IMG/VR virus record: IMGVR_UViG_3300046659_000007
Span: 1-45,336 of that record
Strand: one strand, 5' to 3'
DNA from: a virus
DNA length: 45,336 nt
The notes below the pieces were generated by a model. It made no database searches and was not told where the DNA came from. It saw nothing but the letters and a program-made list of their open reading frames with translations. The translations under genes and the position numbers were made by a program. Positions 26,073 through 32,920 of the stretch are shown here, in pieces. Numbering within the stretch: the stretch's first letter is position 1; each line of letters starts with the position of its first letter.

Positions 26073-27212
26073 CTATGGCGGCGCGATGGCGCGCTGCAGC
26101 TCGGCCAGCCTGGTCGGCTGCAGCCTCGGCCTGGTCGGCACGATGAGCGCGAGCATGTACGAGGCTCGATCGCGAGCGGCGATGCGCTCGACTACCTCGG
26201 CAGCAGTGCGCACCTCGGCATGCGCGAGCGTGTAATGCGCAACCGGAAACCCGCTGCGCCCTATCTCATGCGGCCAGCAGTGCTGCTCGATGGCGAATGG
26301 GTCGCGCCATTGATGCCAGGTGATGGCGCCAGTGAGCCAGAGCGCCTGCAGGTAACCGATGTCACCATCGAGCGAGTCGAGGCCGTTGGGATCCCAGTGC
26401 GAGACCGTGCGCAGGCCGATGTGTCTGAGACCGCATTCGCGGCATTCCTGGTAGCCGCCTGGCGGACTGATAATGCGCGCAAGCATGCACTGGCCAGGCC
26501 GCTGCTCGAGGCGCTCGGCCTCGGCGAACACTACCGCCAGCATCGCGAGGCCTCGAGCTCGGCGCGCATCGGACCCGTATCCCTGCAGCGAGCGGCGAGC
26601 CTGGCCATCGTCGCCGATCGCCAGCGCAGCGACCCAGCCGCCGATCGCCAGCGCGCCCTGCTGCTCGCCGATGCGCTCGAGCTCGGCGCGAGCGCGCATG
26701 CCTGTGCCGTCTGCGATCGCCACATGCACACGAGGCGAGAGCTCAGCCTCGAGGCGCGCGAGTCCTACCTTACCAGGCGGCAGCCATTCGATCGGCTCGA
26801 GCGCAGCGACCTCGCGCCGAGCCGCCTCGAGGTCGGCCTGCTCGAGCGGCAGCCAGGCGCCGAGGTCGAGCTGCTCGATGCGCGCGATCGTCGCCGCCCT
26901 GTGCGCATGGCGCGACTCGGCCTGCGCTCGGCGGCGAGCGTGGCGAGCATCGGCGATCGCATCCTCGGCTTCGGCCTGCGCCCTGGCCTGTGCCCTGGCG
27001 CGCTCAAGCTCGACCTGCTCGATGCCCTCGAGCTGGTCGGCGGCGCCTGCCTCGCGCAGCTCGATGGCCAGCCAGCGCGCAGCGGCACCATTCTCGGCTG
27101 CCAGCCGCCGATAGAATGTCGAAACCGAGCGGCCTGCGGCTGCGCTCTGGCGTTCGGACGGCGGCTGATATATATCTTCTGGCAAGTCGTTGCGCTGTCT
27201 AAGGGCGCTCAC
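26073..27212 (-). CDS. Orphan protein with an N-terminal HTH-like segment, a coiled coil and an unknown C-terminal domain
   Basis: 379 aa with a GTG start. RSVSTFYRRLAAENG resembles Hin/resolvase-type HTH helices. The Trp/His-rich C-terminus looks natural. A 447-aa antisense ORF is judged to be a shadow. Confidence 0.6.
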   Translation of the reverse strand: MSALRQRNDLPEDIYQPPSERQSAAAGRSVSTFYRRLAAENGAAARWLAIELREAGAADQLEGIEQVELERARAQARAQAEAEDAIADARHARRRAQAESRHAHRAATIARIEQLDLGAWLPLEQADLEAARREVAALEPIEWLPPGKVGLARLEAELSPRVHVAIADGTGMRARAELERIGEQQGALAIGGWVAALAIGDDGQARRSLQGYGSDARRARGLAMLAVVFAEAERLEQRPGQCMLARIISPPGGYQECRECGLRHIGLRTVSHWDPNGLDSLDGDIGYLQALWLTGAITWHQWRDPFAIEQHCWPHEIGRSGFPVAHYTLAHAEVRTAAEVVERIAARDRASYMLALIVPTRPRLQPTRLAELQRAIAPP

Positions 27213-27221
27213 GATTAGGGT

Positions 27222-27245
27222 TGTCAGTCGACTGGTAATCGACCG
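27222..27245. repeat. 8-bp-periodic array containing the palindrome CAGTCGACTG
   Basis: TGTCAGTC GACTGGTA ATCGACCG, 10 nt upstream of the GTG start at 27212. Confidence 0.6.
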
Positions 27246-27262
27246 GCAATCCGAGGCTTCTC

Positions 27263-27297
27263 GAGCCGCAGCGGGAAACTGCTGCGGCTCTTTTTTT
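27263..27297 (+). terminator. Rho-independent terminator (plus-strand orientation)
   Basis: A 10-bp perfect GC-rich stem GAGCCGCAGC/GCTGCGGCTC (27263-27272 and 27281-27290), an 8-nt loop, then T7 (27291-27297). Confidence 0.7.
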
Positions 27298-27528
27298 CTC
27301 TACGTGCGGCTATCAAGCGCCAGCGGAATCGCTATTGCAAGCGTTTCCAGACTTCGCGCCTCGCTCGAGTGCATTTTGTTCGGCCTGGCTACCCTGCAGG
27401 CGCCGCTCTCAGATGCTCGCAGGCGATCGCGGCGATCCGTCGCCAGCTCTACCGGTTGCCGATCGGCTACTGATATATAGCTAAACGGATACATCGCCGC
27501 TGCGAGCAGCGACATGGAGGTTCGTACG

Positions 27529-27762
27529 ATGAGCTCGACCCAGCCGACCGAGGAGGAACTGCTCGAGGCGCTGCGCATCGCGCTCGAGGATGGCGAGCAG
27601 AGCGGCGTCGCGCCTGGCGACGCGGTTGAAGATGCGCGCGCCCTCCTTGAGGCCATCGAGATTGGCGAGGCCGAGATCGAGCGCGGCGAGGGCATCCCGC
27701 ACGAGCAGGTCATGCGCGACCTCGAGGCGATGCTCGAGCGGCTCAATCGCCAGCGCGGCTGA
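27529..27762 (+). CDS. Acidic helical protein with an antitoxin-like (ParD/RelB-type) C-terminal motif
   Basis: ATG 27529 lies 8 nt after GGAGG. Motifs LLEALRIALEDGEQSG and IEIGEAEIERGEGIPHEQVMRDL. Confidence 0.35.
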   Translation: MSSTQPTEEELLEALRIALEDGEQSGVAPGDAVEDARALLEAIEIGEAEIERGEGIPHEQVMRDLEAMLERLNRQRG

Positions 27763-27882
27763 TATGTTGCGAGCTTGCACAAGCTCTAGTAATGACGCCA
27801 GACGATGACAGACCAGAACCGCAGCGGCACGCACAGCGCGCCCTATACTCGCCGCGATGGCGTGTCGACACGCTCGACAACA

Positions 27883-28011
27883 ATGCACCTCGACATCGAG
27901 GTGCACCGCAAGCTGCGGATCGCAGCGGTCGAGCTCAACACGCACATGAGCACGATCATCGATGCCGCCCTGCGCGACTGGCTGCTCGCCAACCAGCGGC
28001 GGCGGCGCTAA
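27883..28011 (+). CDS. Ribbon-helix-helix (CopG/Arc-like) DNA-binding protein (may start at 27805)
   Basis: MHLDIEVHRKLRIAAVELNTHMSTIIDAALRDWL fits a strand-helix-helix pattern. Confidence 0.5.
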   Translation: MHLDIEVHRKLRIAAVELNTHMSTIIDAALRDWLLANQRRRR

Positions 28012-28301
28012 TGCCGAAAGCTAAGTACGTGCGCCCACCATCGCGCGCTGGCAAAGTCGCGATCAACGTCTATGTGACCGAGCTCGAGCGCATGGCACTC
28101 AAGGTCTATGCCGCAAAGAACAGCACTACGCTCGATGCGCTCATGACCGAGGCGGTTGAGCTCGCGACTAAGGTCCCATTCTCGAGCTACATATCGAAGG
28201 TCAACGCCGAGCGCTTGCGGCAGCTGGCCGAGGCGAGCGGCAAAACTAATGTGCGGCTACTCACAGAGGCGCTTGATCTGCTTTTCAAGGCCTACGAGTG
28301 A
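28011..28301 (+). CDS. Protein with two tandem RHH-like modules
   Basis: Two modules: KVAINVYVTELERMALKVYAAKNSTTLDALMTEAVELA and YISKVNAERLRQLAEASGKTNVRLLTEALDLLFKAY. It has a TAATG overlap with the upstream ORF and a GTGA overlap with the downstream ORF. Confidence 0.45.
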   Translation: MPKAKYVRPPSRAGKVAINVYVTELERMALKVYAAKNSTTLDALMTEAVELATKVPFSSYISKVNAERLRQLAEASGKTNVRLLTEALDLLFKAYE

Positions 28302-28882
28302 CATCGTCTGCGCCGAAGCTGGCCACCTATGCCGACCTGCTCGCGCTGCCAGAGGGCATGCGCGCCGAGCTGGTCGGCGGCCAGGTTGTGATGATGCCCG
28401 CTGTGCTGCCGAGGCACGCTAAGTCTGCAGGTGCGCTGCGCCGATTCGTTGGCGGTCCGTACGATGATGATGATGGCTATGGAGGCCCTGGCGGATGGTG
28501 GATTCTGCCAGAGGTCGATGTGCAGCTCGAGGCGCATGAGGTCGTGCGGCCAGACCTATCTGGCTGGCGGCGCGAGCGGCTGCCAGAGCCAGGTGATGTG
28601 CGGCCGATCTGCGTCGTGCCTGACTGGGTCTGTGAGGTTATCTCGCCGACCAGCGCCAAGCGCGATCGGGTCGACAAGCGCGCGCTATACGCTCGAGCTG
28701 GCGTCGCGCACTACTGGCTGGTCGACCCAGAGGCGCGCACGCTCGAGGCGCTCGAGCTGCGCGCTGGCCGCTGGCTTGAGCTCGGCGCATATACCGATGG
28801 CGACTGCGCGCGCATCGCGCCTTTCGAGCAGGTCGAGCTCGAGGTCGGCAGGCTGTTTATGCCGAGGCCTGCCGACGTCTGA
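28298..28882 (+). CDS. Uma2-family (DUF820) PD-(D/E)xK endonuclease
   Basis: VVRPDLSGW, VCEVISPTS and RVDKRALYARAGVAHYWLVDP match the Uma2 family pattern as I recall it. Confidence 0.7.
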   Translation: MTSSAPKLATYADLLALPEGMRAELVGGQVVMMPAVLPRHAKSAGALRRFVGGPYDDDDGYGGPGGWWILPEVDVQLEAHEVVRPDLSGWRRERLPEPGDVRPICVVPDWVCEVISPTSAKRDRVDKRALYARAGVAHYWLVDPEARTLEALELRAGRWLELGAYTDGDCARIAPFEQVELEVGRLFMPRPADV

Positions 28883-29215
28883 CTACCAGAGCTCGAGCTG
28901 CACCTGCTTGCGCCGAGCTCGAGGCCTCGGCCCCTTGGCGGCTGGCGCAGCCTCGCGCGCTGGCGGCTCGGCGCGCAGCGGCTCATGCGTGCAGCAATAG
29001 TCGATGGTGTCGCCGCCGCCCTGCCCTGGCCGAGGCGGCTGCCGCCTCGTGCATCGCTCGCAGAGGCGCCTCGAGCAGGTGCGGCCTCGGCTGCCGACTG
29101 GATAGTCACAGAGTAGCGACGCTGGCCTGGCGCAGATGTGACACCTCGGCTGCCGTTTAGACCTCGAGCACAGCCACGCCTGGCCCTGCACTGTGAGTAT
29201 TCGTTCGCACGCCAT
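28883..29215 (-). CDS. Cys-rich hypothetical protein
   Basis: 110 aa. CHICARPASLLCDYP...CSRRLCERC...YCCTHE suggests Zn binding. It is convergent with, and abuts, the Uma2 gene. Confidence 0.4.
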   Translation of the reverse strand: MACERILTVQGQAWLCSRSKRQPRCHICARPASLLCDYPVGSRGRTCSRRLCERCTRRQPPRPGQGGGDTIDYCCTHEPLRAEPPAREAAPAAKGPRPRARRKQVQLELW

Positions 29216-29378
29216 AACTGCCCCGTTGCTAAAACCTCAATGATTCCGCTAATGTGCCTTAGTGGAAAAACGGCGCCCCTTCCCTCATCGCAACTCACGT
29301 AAGCGCACGATCGGCCTGAAACACAGGGCGCCGCCGATCGGCCGAGGATCGGCGCTCGCGCGCCTACCCTCACAGCCG

Positions 29379-30368
29379 ATGGTAGACCAGTCGACCAGTC
29401 GACCAGCCGACCAGCGGCCTGCTGCGCTCGACATCGGCCAGGATCTCGAGCGCCTCATACGTAACTATGCGGCATTCGCGAAGCGCGCCAAGGCCGATCG
29501 TACAGTCACAGAGTATGCAGCGCAGTGGCGCAGGTTCGACGCATGGTGCGCAGTGCGCGGCCTGAACTCGCTGCCCTGCCAGCCGCAGACGCTCGCGCTC
29601 TACCTCGCCTCACTGGCCGAGCGCCTCAAGGTCGCATCGATCGCGATGGCCCTCGCTGCCGTCTGCGCCAAGCATCGAACCGCAGGCCATTCCGATCCGC
29701 AGGCAAGCCCGATCATCGGCGAGCTCTGGGCAGGCATCCGCCGCTCGCTCGGCAGCGAGCAGCGCCGAGTCGCGCCGCTGCTCACAGAGGACCTGCATAC
29801 GATCGCGCGCGCGATGCCGCACACGCTGGCAGGCAAGCGCGACAGGGCGCTGCTCGCGCTCGGCCTCGGCGGCGCGATGCGTCGATCCGAGCTGTGCGCG
29901 CTCACTGTCGAGGATGTGAAGTTCCAAGCGAGCGGCGGCCTCGTGCTGCGCATACGCCGCAGCAAAACAGACCAGGAAGGTAAGGCGGCGCGCATCGGCA
30001 TCGCTCGAGGCGGCTCGCGCATGACCTGCCCAGAGCGCAACCTGCGCGCCTGGCTCGAGGCCTCGCGCATCAAGAGCGGACCTCTATTCCGCTCCGTCAA
30101 TGGCGAGCGCATCGGTCGCAGCGCGCTGTCTGGCCGCACCATCGCCAACATCATCAAGCGCGCAGTCGAGGCAGCAGGCCTCGACCCAGAGCTGTATTCT
30201 GGGCACAGCCTGCGCGCAGGCCTCGCGACCAGCGCCGCTCGAGCTGGCAAGGCCGACCGAGCGATCATGCAGCAGGGCCGATGGTCTAACCGAGCGACGG
30301 TGGATCGCTACGTGCGCGACGCCAGACTGCTCGACCGAGACAACGCGAGCGCAGACATCGGCCTATGA
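29379..30368 (+). CDS. Tyrosine recombinase (Cre/Xer-like integrase or resolvase)
   Basis: RDRALLALGLGGAMRRSEL, GHSLRAG and GRWSNRATVDRY supply the R...HxxR...Y catalytic pattern. Start chosen at ATG 29379. Confidence 0.8.
   Translation: MVDQSTSRPADQRPAALDIGQDLERLIRNYAAFAKRAKADRTVTEYAAQWRRFDAWCAVRGLNSLPCQPQTLALYLASLAERLKVASIAMALAAVCAKHRTAGHSDPQASPIIGELWAGIRRSLGSEQRRVAPLLTEDLHTIARAMPHTLAGKRDRALLALGLGGAMRRSELCALTVEDVKFQASGGLVLRIRRSKTDQEGKAARIGIARGGSRMTCPERNLRAWLEASRIKSGPLFRSVNGERIGRSALSGRTIANIIKRAVEAAGLDPELYSGHSLRAGLATSAARAGKADRAIMQQGRWSNRATVDRYVRDARLLDRDNASADIGL
29385..29416. repeat. 8-bp-periodic array, four direct units
   Basis: GACCAGTC GACCAGTC GACCAGCC GACCAGCG, beginning 6 nt after the recombinase ATG. 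Confidence 0.75.
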
Positions 30369-30833
30369 CACACGCTTGGGCCAGCTCACTTGAAGCCGAG
30401 CCATCTCGCAGACGGTTGCGACCAGCCGAGCGAGCATCACTGCATCGAGCTCTGGCGTGCGCTGCGCATCGCCAGCGATCCGCAGGCCGAGGTTAGCAGT
30501 GAGCAGGCCGACCTGGCGCGCCAGGTCGCGATCGGCGACCAGCGCCGCTAGCACATCAGCAAACTGCGGCGCCGATAGCTCGTGCGCGAGCGCCAGACCG
30601 AGCTGCACCATGCCGCCATCCTGCGACGTCGCGACTGGCGCAATCTGCTGCGGCGCCTCGAACTCGGGATGGTCGGCGGCCTCGAGCTCGGCGTGCGCGC
30701 GAGGATCGGCGCTGGCGAGCCGATGCACAAACACGATCACGCTGGCGCCAGAGTCGAGCACGCCATCCCAGCGCCGCACAGGCACGCCATCGAGCTCCAT
30801 CAGAGTGTCCGTTCTTTCCATGGTAATGCGCAC
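30363..30833 (-). CDS. Hypothetical protein
   Basis: 156-aa ORF, convergent with the recombinase and overlapping its 3' end by 6 nt. Confidence 0.45.
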   Translation of the reverse strand: MRITMERTDTLMELDGVPVRRWDGVLDSGASVIVFVHRLASADPRAHAELEAADHPEFEAPQQIAPVATSQDGGMVQLGLALAHELSAPQFADVLAALVADRDLARQVGLLTANLGLRIAGDAQRTPELDAVMLARLVATVCEMARLQVSWPKRVS

Positions 30834-30844
30834 AGGTTCCCTTC

Positions 30845-30876
30845 TGGTCTACCAGTCGACTGGTCACGCTGTAGAC
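30845..30876. repeat. 32-bp box, copy A (contains the palindrome ACCAGTCGACTGGT)
   Basis: TGGTCTACCAGTCGACTGGTCACGCTGTAGAC. It matches 31641-31672 at 26 of 32 positions. It lies in the divergent intergenic region upstream of 30909. Confidence 0.75.
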
Positions 30877-30892
30877 TCCGATTGACAGCTCG

Positions 30893-30901
30893 CGCTATAT
30901 T
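30893..30901 (+). promoter_or_regulatory. CGCTATATT box 7 nt upstream of ATG 30909
   Basis: The spacing implies a leaderless transcript. TTGACA is present at 30882-30887, but only 8 nt before the TATATT core at 30896. Confidence 0.4.
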
Positions 30902-30908
30902 GGAATCG

Positions 30909-31334
30909 ATGTCAACGGAGAATCGACCCGAGCTGCTCGAGCGCTACAAGCTGGCCTACGCCGAGTATCGCGCAGAGGTAGCACTCGGCTGGGATCGGCA
31001 GAAGCTGTTCCTCACCCTGCCATCGACGATCACGGCTCTGACCTCGGCGCTCGCGACGCATCGCCTCGCCGCGCAGGCCGCCCTGCTCTGCGCCGTCCTG
31101 CTGTCTCTGACTGGCATGCTGGTCGTGTGGCGCTCGCATGGCCGCTATCGCGCGACCCGCCAGGCCATGCAGGCGCTCGAGGATCGCCTCGGCATCGAGG
31201 ACCTGCAGACCACTGGCGGCCAGCGCGAGGCTCGAGGCCTGATGCGCCTCGAAGCCTTCCGGATTGTCGATGTGCTGATCGTGGTATTCGCCATCATCGG
31301 CGCGCTCGACCTGGCGCTGCTGGCGCTCTGGTAA
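30909..31334 (+). CDS. Small membrane protein (2-3 predicted TM helices)
   Basis: Hydrophobic segments LFLTLPSTITALTSAL, AALLCAVLLSLTGMLVVW and IVDVLIVVFAIIGALDLALLALW. The ATG lies 7 nt after a TATATT box. Confidence 0.55.
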   Translation: MSTENRPELLERYKLAYAEYRAEVALGWDRQKLFLTLPSTITALTSALATHRLAAQAALLCAVLLSLTGMLVVWRSHGRYRATRQAMQALEDRLGIEDLQTTGGQREARGLMRLEAFRIVDVLIVVFAIIGALDLALLALW

Positions 31335-31346
31335 GGCTCGAGGTCG

Positions 31347-31646
31347 ATGTCAAACCGAGACACATTCGCAGAGTTCGTGCAGCGCGGAGAAATAGCCTGG
31401 AATGGCGAGGGCCAGTGGTGCGGCGATGGCGCCGAGGTCACGCCGAGGCCGCCGCTCGCGCGCCCACATCAGTGCGGCGACAGACCAGAGTGCGGCCTAT
31501 TCGTGTGCAGTCGCTGCCAGCGCGGTGTGCCATGGTGCTTCGGCGGCGAGGGCACGCTCTGCGATGATTGCTGGTCTGAGACTCGGATGCCGAGGCTCGA
31601 GCGCCTGCAGCGGGTCTGGCAGCGGCGGCGCGACTTCGGCTGGTAG
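31347..31646 (+). CDS. Cys-rich hypothetical protein
   Basis: 99 aa. CGD...CGDRPECGLFVCSRCQRGVPWCFGGEGTLCDDCW. Confidence 0.45.
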   Translation: MSNRDTFAEFVQRGEIAWNGEGQWCGDGAEVTPRPPLARPHQCGDRPECGLFVCSRCQRGVPWCFGGEGTLCDDCWSETRMPRLERLQRVWQRRRDFGW

Positions 31647-31672
31647 ACCAGTCGACTGGTCGCGCTGTCTAG
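31641..31672. repeat. 32-bp box, copy B (contains the 16-bp palindrome GACCAGTCGACTGGTC)
   Basis: TGGTAGACCAGTCGACTGGTCGCGCTGTCTAG. It lies upstream of the 31756-parA operon and is followed by a hairpin at 31676-31696. Confidence 0.75.
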
Positions 31673-31721
31673 CAGGGCGCTGGTATAGCCAGCGCCAGCC
31701 GTGCTACCATTTCGTATCGCG

Positions 31722-31730
31722 CGCTATATT
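31722..31730 (+). promoter_or_regulatory. CGCTATATT box upstream of the 31756-parA operon
   Basis: Its extended context (tcgcgcgctatattgg) resembles that at 30888-30903. Confidence 0.4.
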
Positions 31731-31755
31731 GGCACGCTGAAACGGCAGGCAGGCT

Positions 31756-31947
31756 ATGGCACGCAATCGAACCTGGATAGTTATGTGCATCCCAGCGAGG
31801 CGCGACGATGGCGCCTCGAGCTACTTTGCTTACAACACATACACGCAGCGCTCGCGCGCTGCGGCCTCTGCCGCCGATGCGCGAGGCATGTGTCGCGACC
31901 TCAACGCTGGCATCGATCCGAGCGATGTCGCGAGCGTCGTGAGATGA
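31756..31947 (+). CDS. Hypothetical small protein, translationally coupled to the ParA-like gene
   Basis: 63 aa, with an ATGA overlap with the ParA start. Confidence 0.4.
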   Translation: MARNRTWIVMCIPARRDDGASSYFAYNTYTQRSRAAASAADARGMCRDLNAGIDPSDVASVVR

Positions 31948-32633
31948 CCACTATATTCGCCCTAGGCAACCAGAAAGGCGGCGTAGGGCGCTCAACGCTC
32001 GCAGTCTCGCTCGCCGCATACTGGCTCGAGCGAGGCCGCAAGGTCCTGCTGGTCGATGCCGATGAGCAGGCGACTGCGCGCACGTGGGTTGAGGTCGCGC
32101 TCGAGCACGAGCGGCCAGCGCCGACTGTGATCGCAATGGGCGTGTCGATGCATCGGCGCGACCAGCTGCCGCGGCTGGCGCCTGCATACGACATCGTGAT
32201 CATCGATACGCCTGCGAGGCTCGGCGAGGTACAGGGCGCAGCGATGCTGTGCGCAGACGTCGTGATCGTGCCCTGCGGACCAAGCGCGCACGAGTGCTGG
32301 GCAATGGCCGAGAGCGTGCAGCTGGTCGACAAGGCGAGGTCACTGCGGCCAGAGCTCGAGGCCTGCATCGTGATCACGCGCAGGATCGCACGCACGACGC
32401 TGGGTCACGAGGCGCGCGAGGTGCTCGAAAAAACAGGGCTCCCTGTGCTCGATGCCGAGCTCGGCCATCGGGTCGACTACCAGGAGGCTAGCGCCGCAGG
32501 CCGAGGCGTGACCAGCTATGCACCGCAGGGTGAGGCAGCGAGCGAGGTGCGCTCGCTGGCAGCCGAGCTCGAGCTGTTCGCTCGAGGCCGCAAAATCAGA
32601 GCGAGCAAGCGCGCAGCCAAGGAGGCACGATGA
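31944..32633 (+). CDS. parA: Small ParA-type (type Ib-like) partition ATPase with an atypical Walker A (KGGVGRST)
   Basis: FALGNQKGGVGRSTLAVSLA, VLLVDADEQ and DIVIIDTPA. It is 229 aa with no N-terminal HTH. Confidence 0.75.
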   Translation: MTTIFALGNQKGGVGRSTLAVSLAAYWLERGRKVLLVDADEQATARTWVEVALEHERPAPTVIAMGVSMHRRDQLPRLAPAYDIVIIDTPARLGEVQGAAMLCADVVIVPCGPSAHECWAMAESVQLVDKARSLRPELEACIVITRRIARTTLGHEAREVLEKTGLPVLDAELGHRVDYQEASAAGRGVTSYAPQGEAASEVRSLAAELELFARGRKIRASKRAAKEAR

Positions 32634-32920
32634 GCAAGCGAGAGCGGGTCAAGGCGCAGGTGCGCGCACCTCGAGCGATGGAGGCCCTCGTGCGCGCGAC
32701 CAAGCGCGCAGCCAACCAGTCGACCAGTGCATCAGTCGACCAGCCTGCCAGAGGCCGCGGCCTCGTGACTCGGCCATCAGGGCGCGAGCAGGATAAGGTC
32801 ACAGCCTATCTGCCTGTCGAGCTCGGCGGCAGGCTGCGCGCCTACTGCGCGACCGAGCGCATGGAGCTCAGCGTCGCAATGGCCGAGGCGCTCGAGGCTT
32901 ACCTCGCGAGCCAGTCATGA
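32630..32920 (+). CDS. ParG-like RHH centromere-binding protein (putative)
   Basis: 96 aa with a basic disordered N-terminus and a C-terminal RHH-like KVTAYLPVELGGRLRAYCATERMELSVAMAEALEAYL. It forms an ATGA overlap with parA. Confidence 0.55.
   Translation: MSKRERVKAQVRAPRAMEALVRATKRAANQSTSASVDQPARGRGLVTRPSGREQDKVTAYLPVELGGRLRAYCATERMELSVAMAEALEAYLASQS
32714..32745. repeat. 8-bp-periodic array, four units, inside the ParG-like coding sequence
   Basis: AACCAGTC GACCAGTG CATCAGTC GACCAGCC. It encodes NQSTSASVDQP. Confidence 0.6.

Noticed and set aside
25875-27218. A 447-aa plus-strand ORF with an ATG, ending 45 nt before a strong plus-strand terminator
   Set aside because: It is antisense to 26073..27212 with codon position 2 aligned to position 2, so both frames stay open in GC-rich DNA. 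The plus product is very Arg/Leu/Cys-rich and its first 65 residues look like junk. The minus product has a credible HTH helix and a natural-looking Trp/His-rich domain with the genome's preferred codons (GAG, CTC, GGC, ATC). It is kept as a caveat in the terminator finding.
30882-30901. TTGACA followed by TATATT as a canonical sigma-70 promoter
   Set aside because: The two hexamers are only 8 nt apart, so they cannot serve as a -35/-10 pair. Only the -10-like box is retained.
31758-31782. GGTTCGATT-like sequence on the minus strand as a tRNA T-arm or attP core
   Set aside because: The flanking bases cannot form a T stem (CCAGG versus GCGTG). No acceptor or anticodon arms are evident, and the sequence lies inside ORF 31756..31947.
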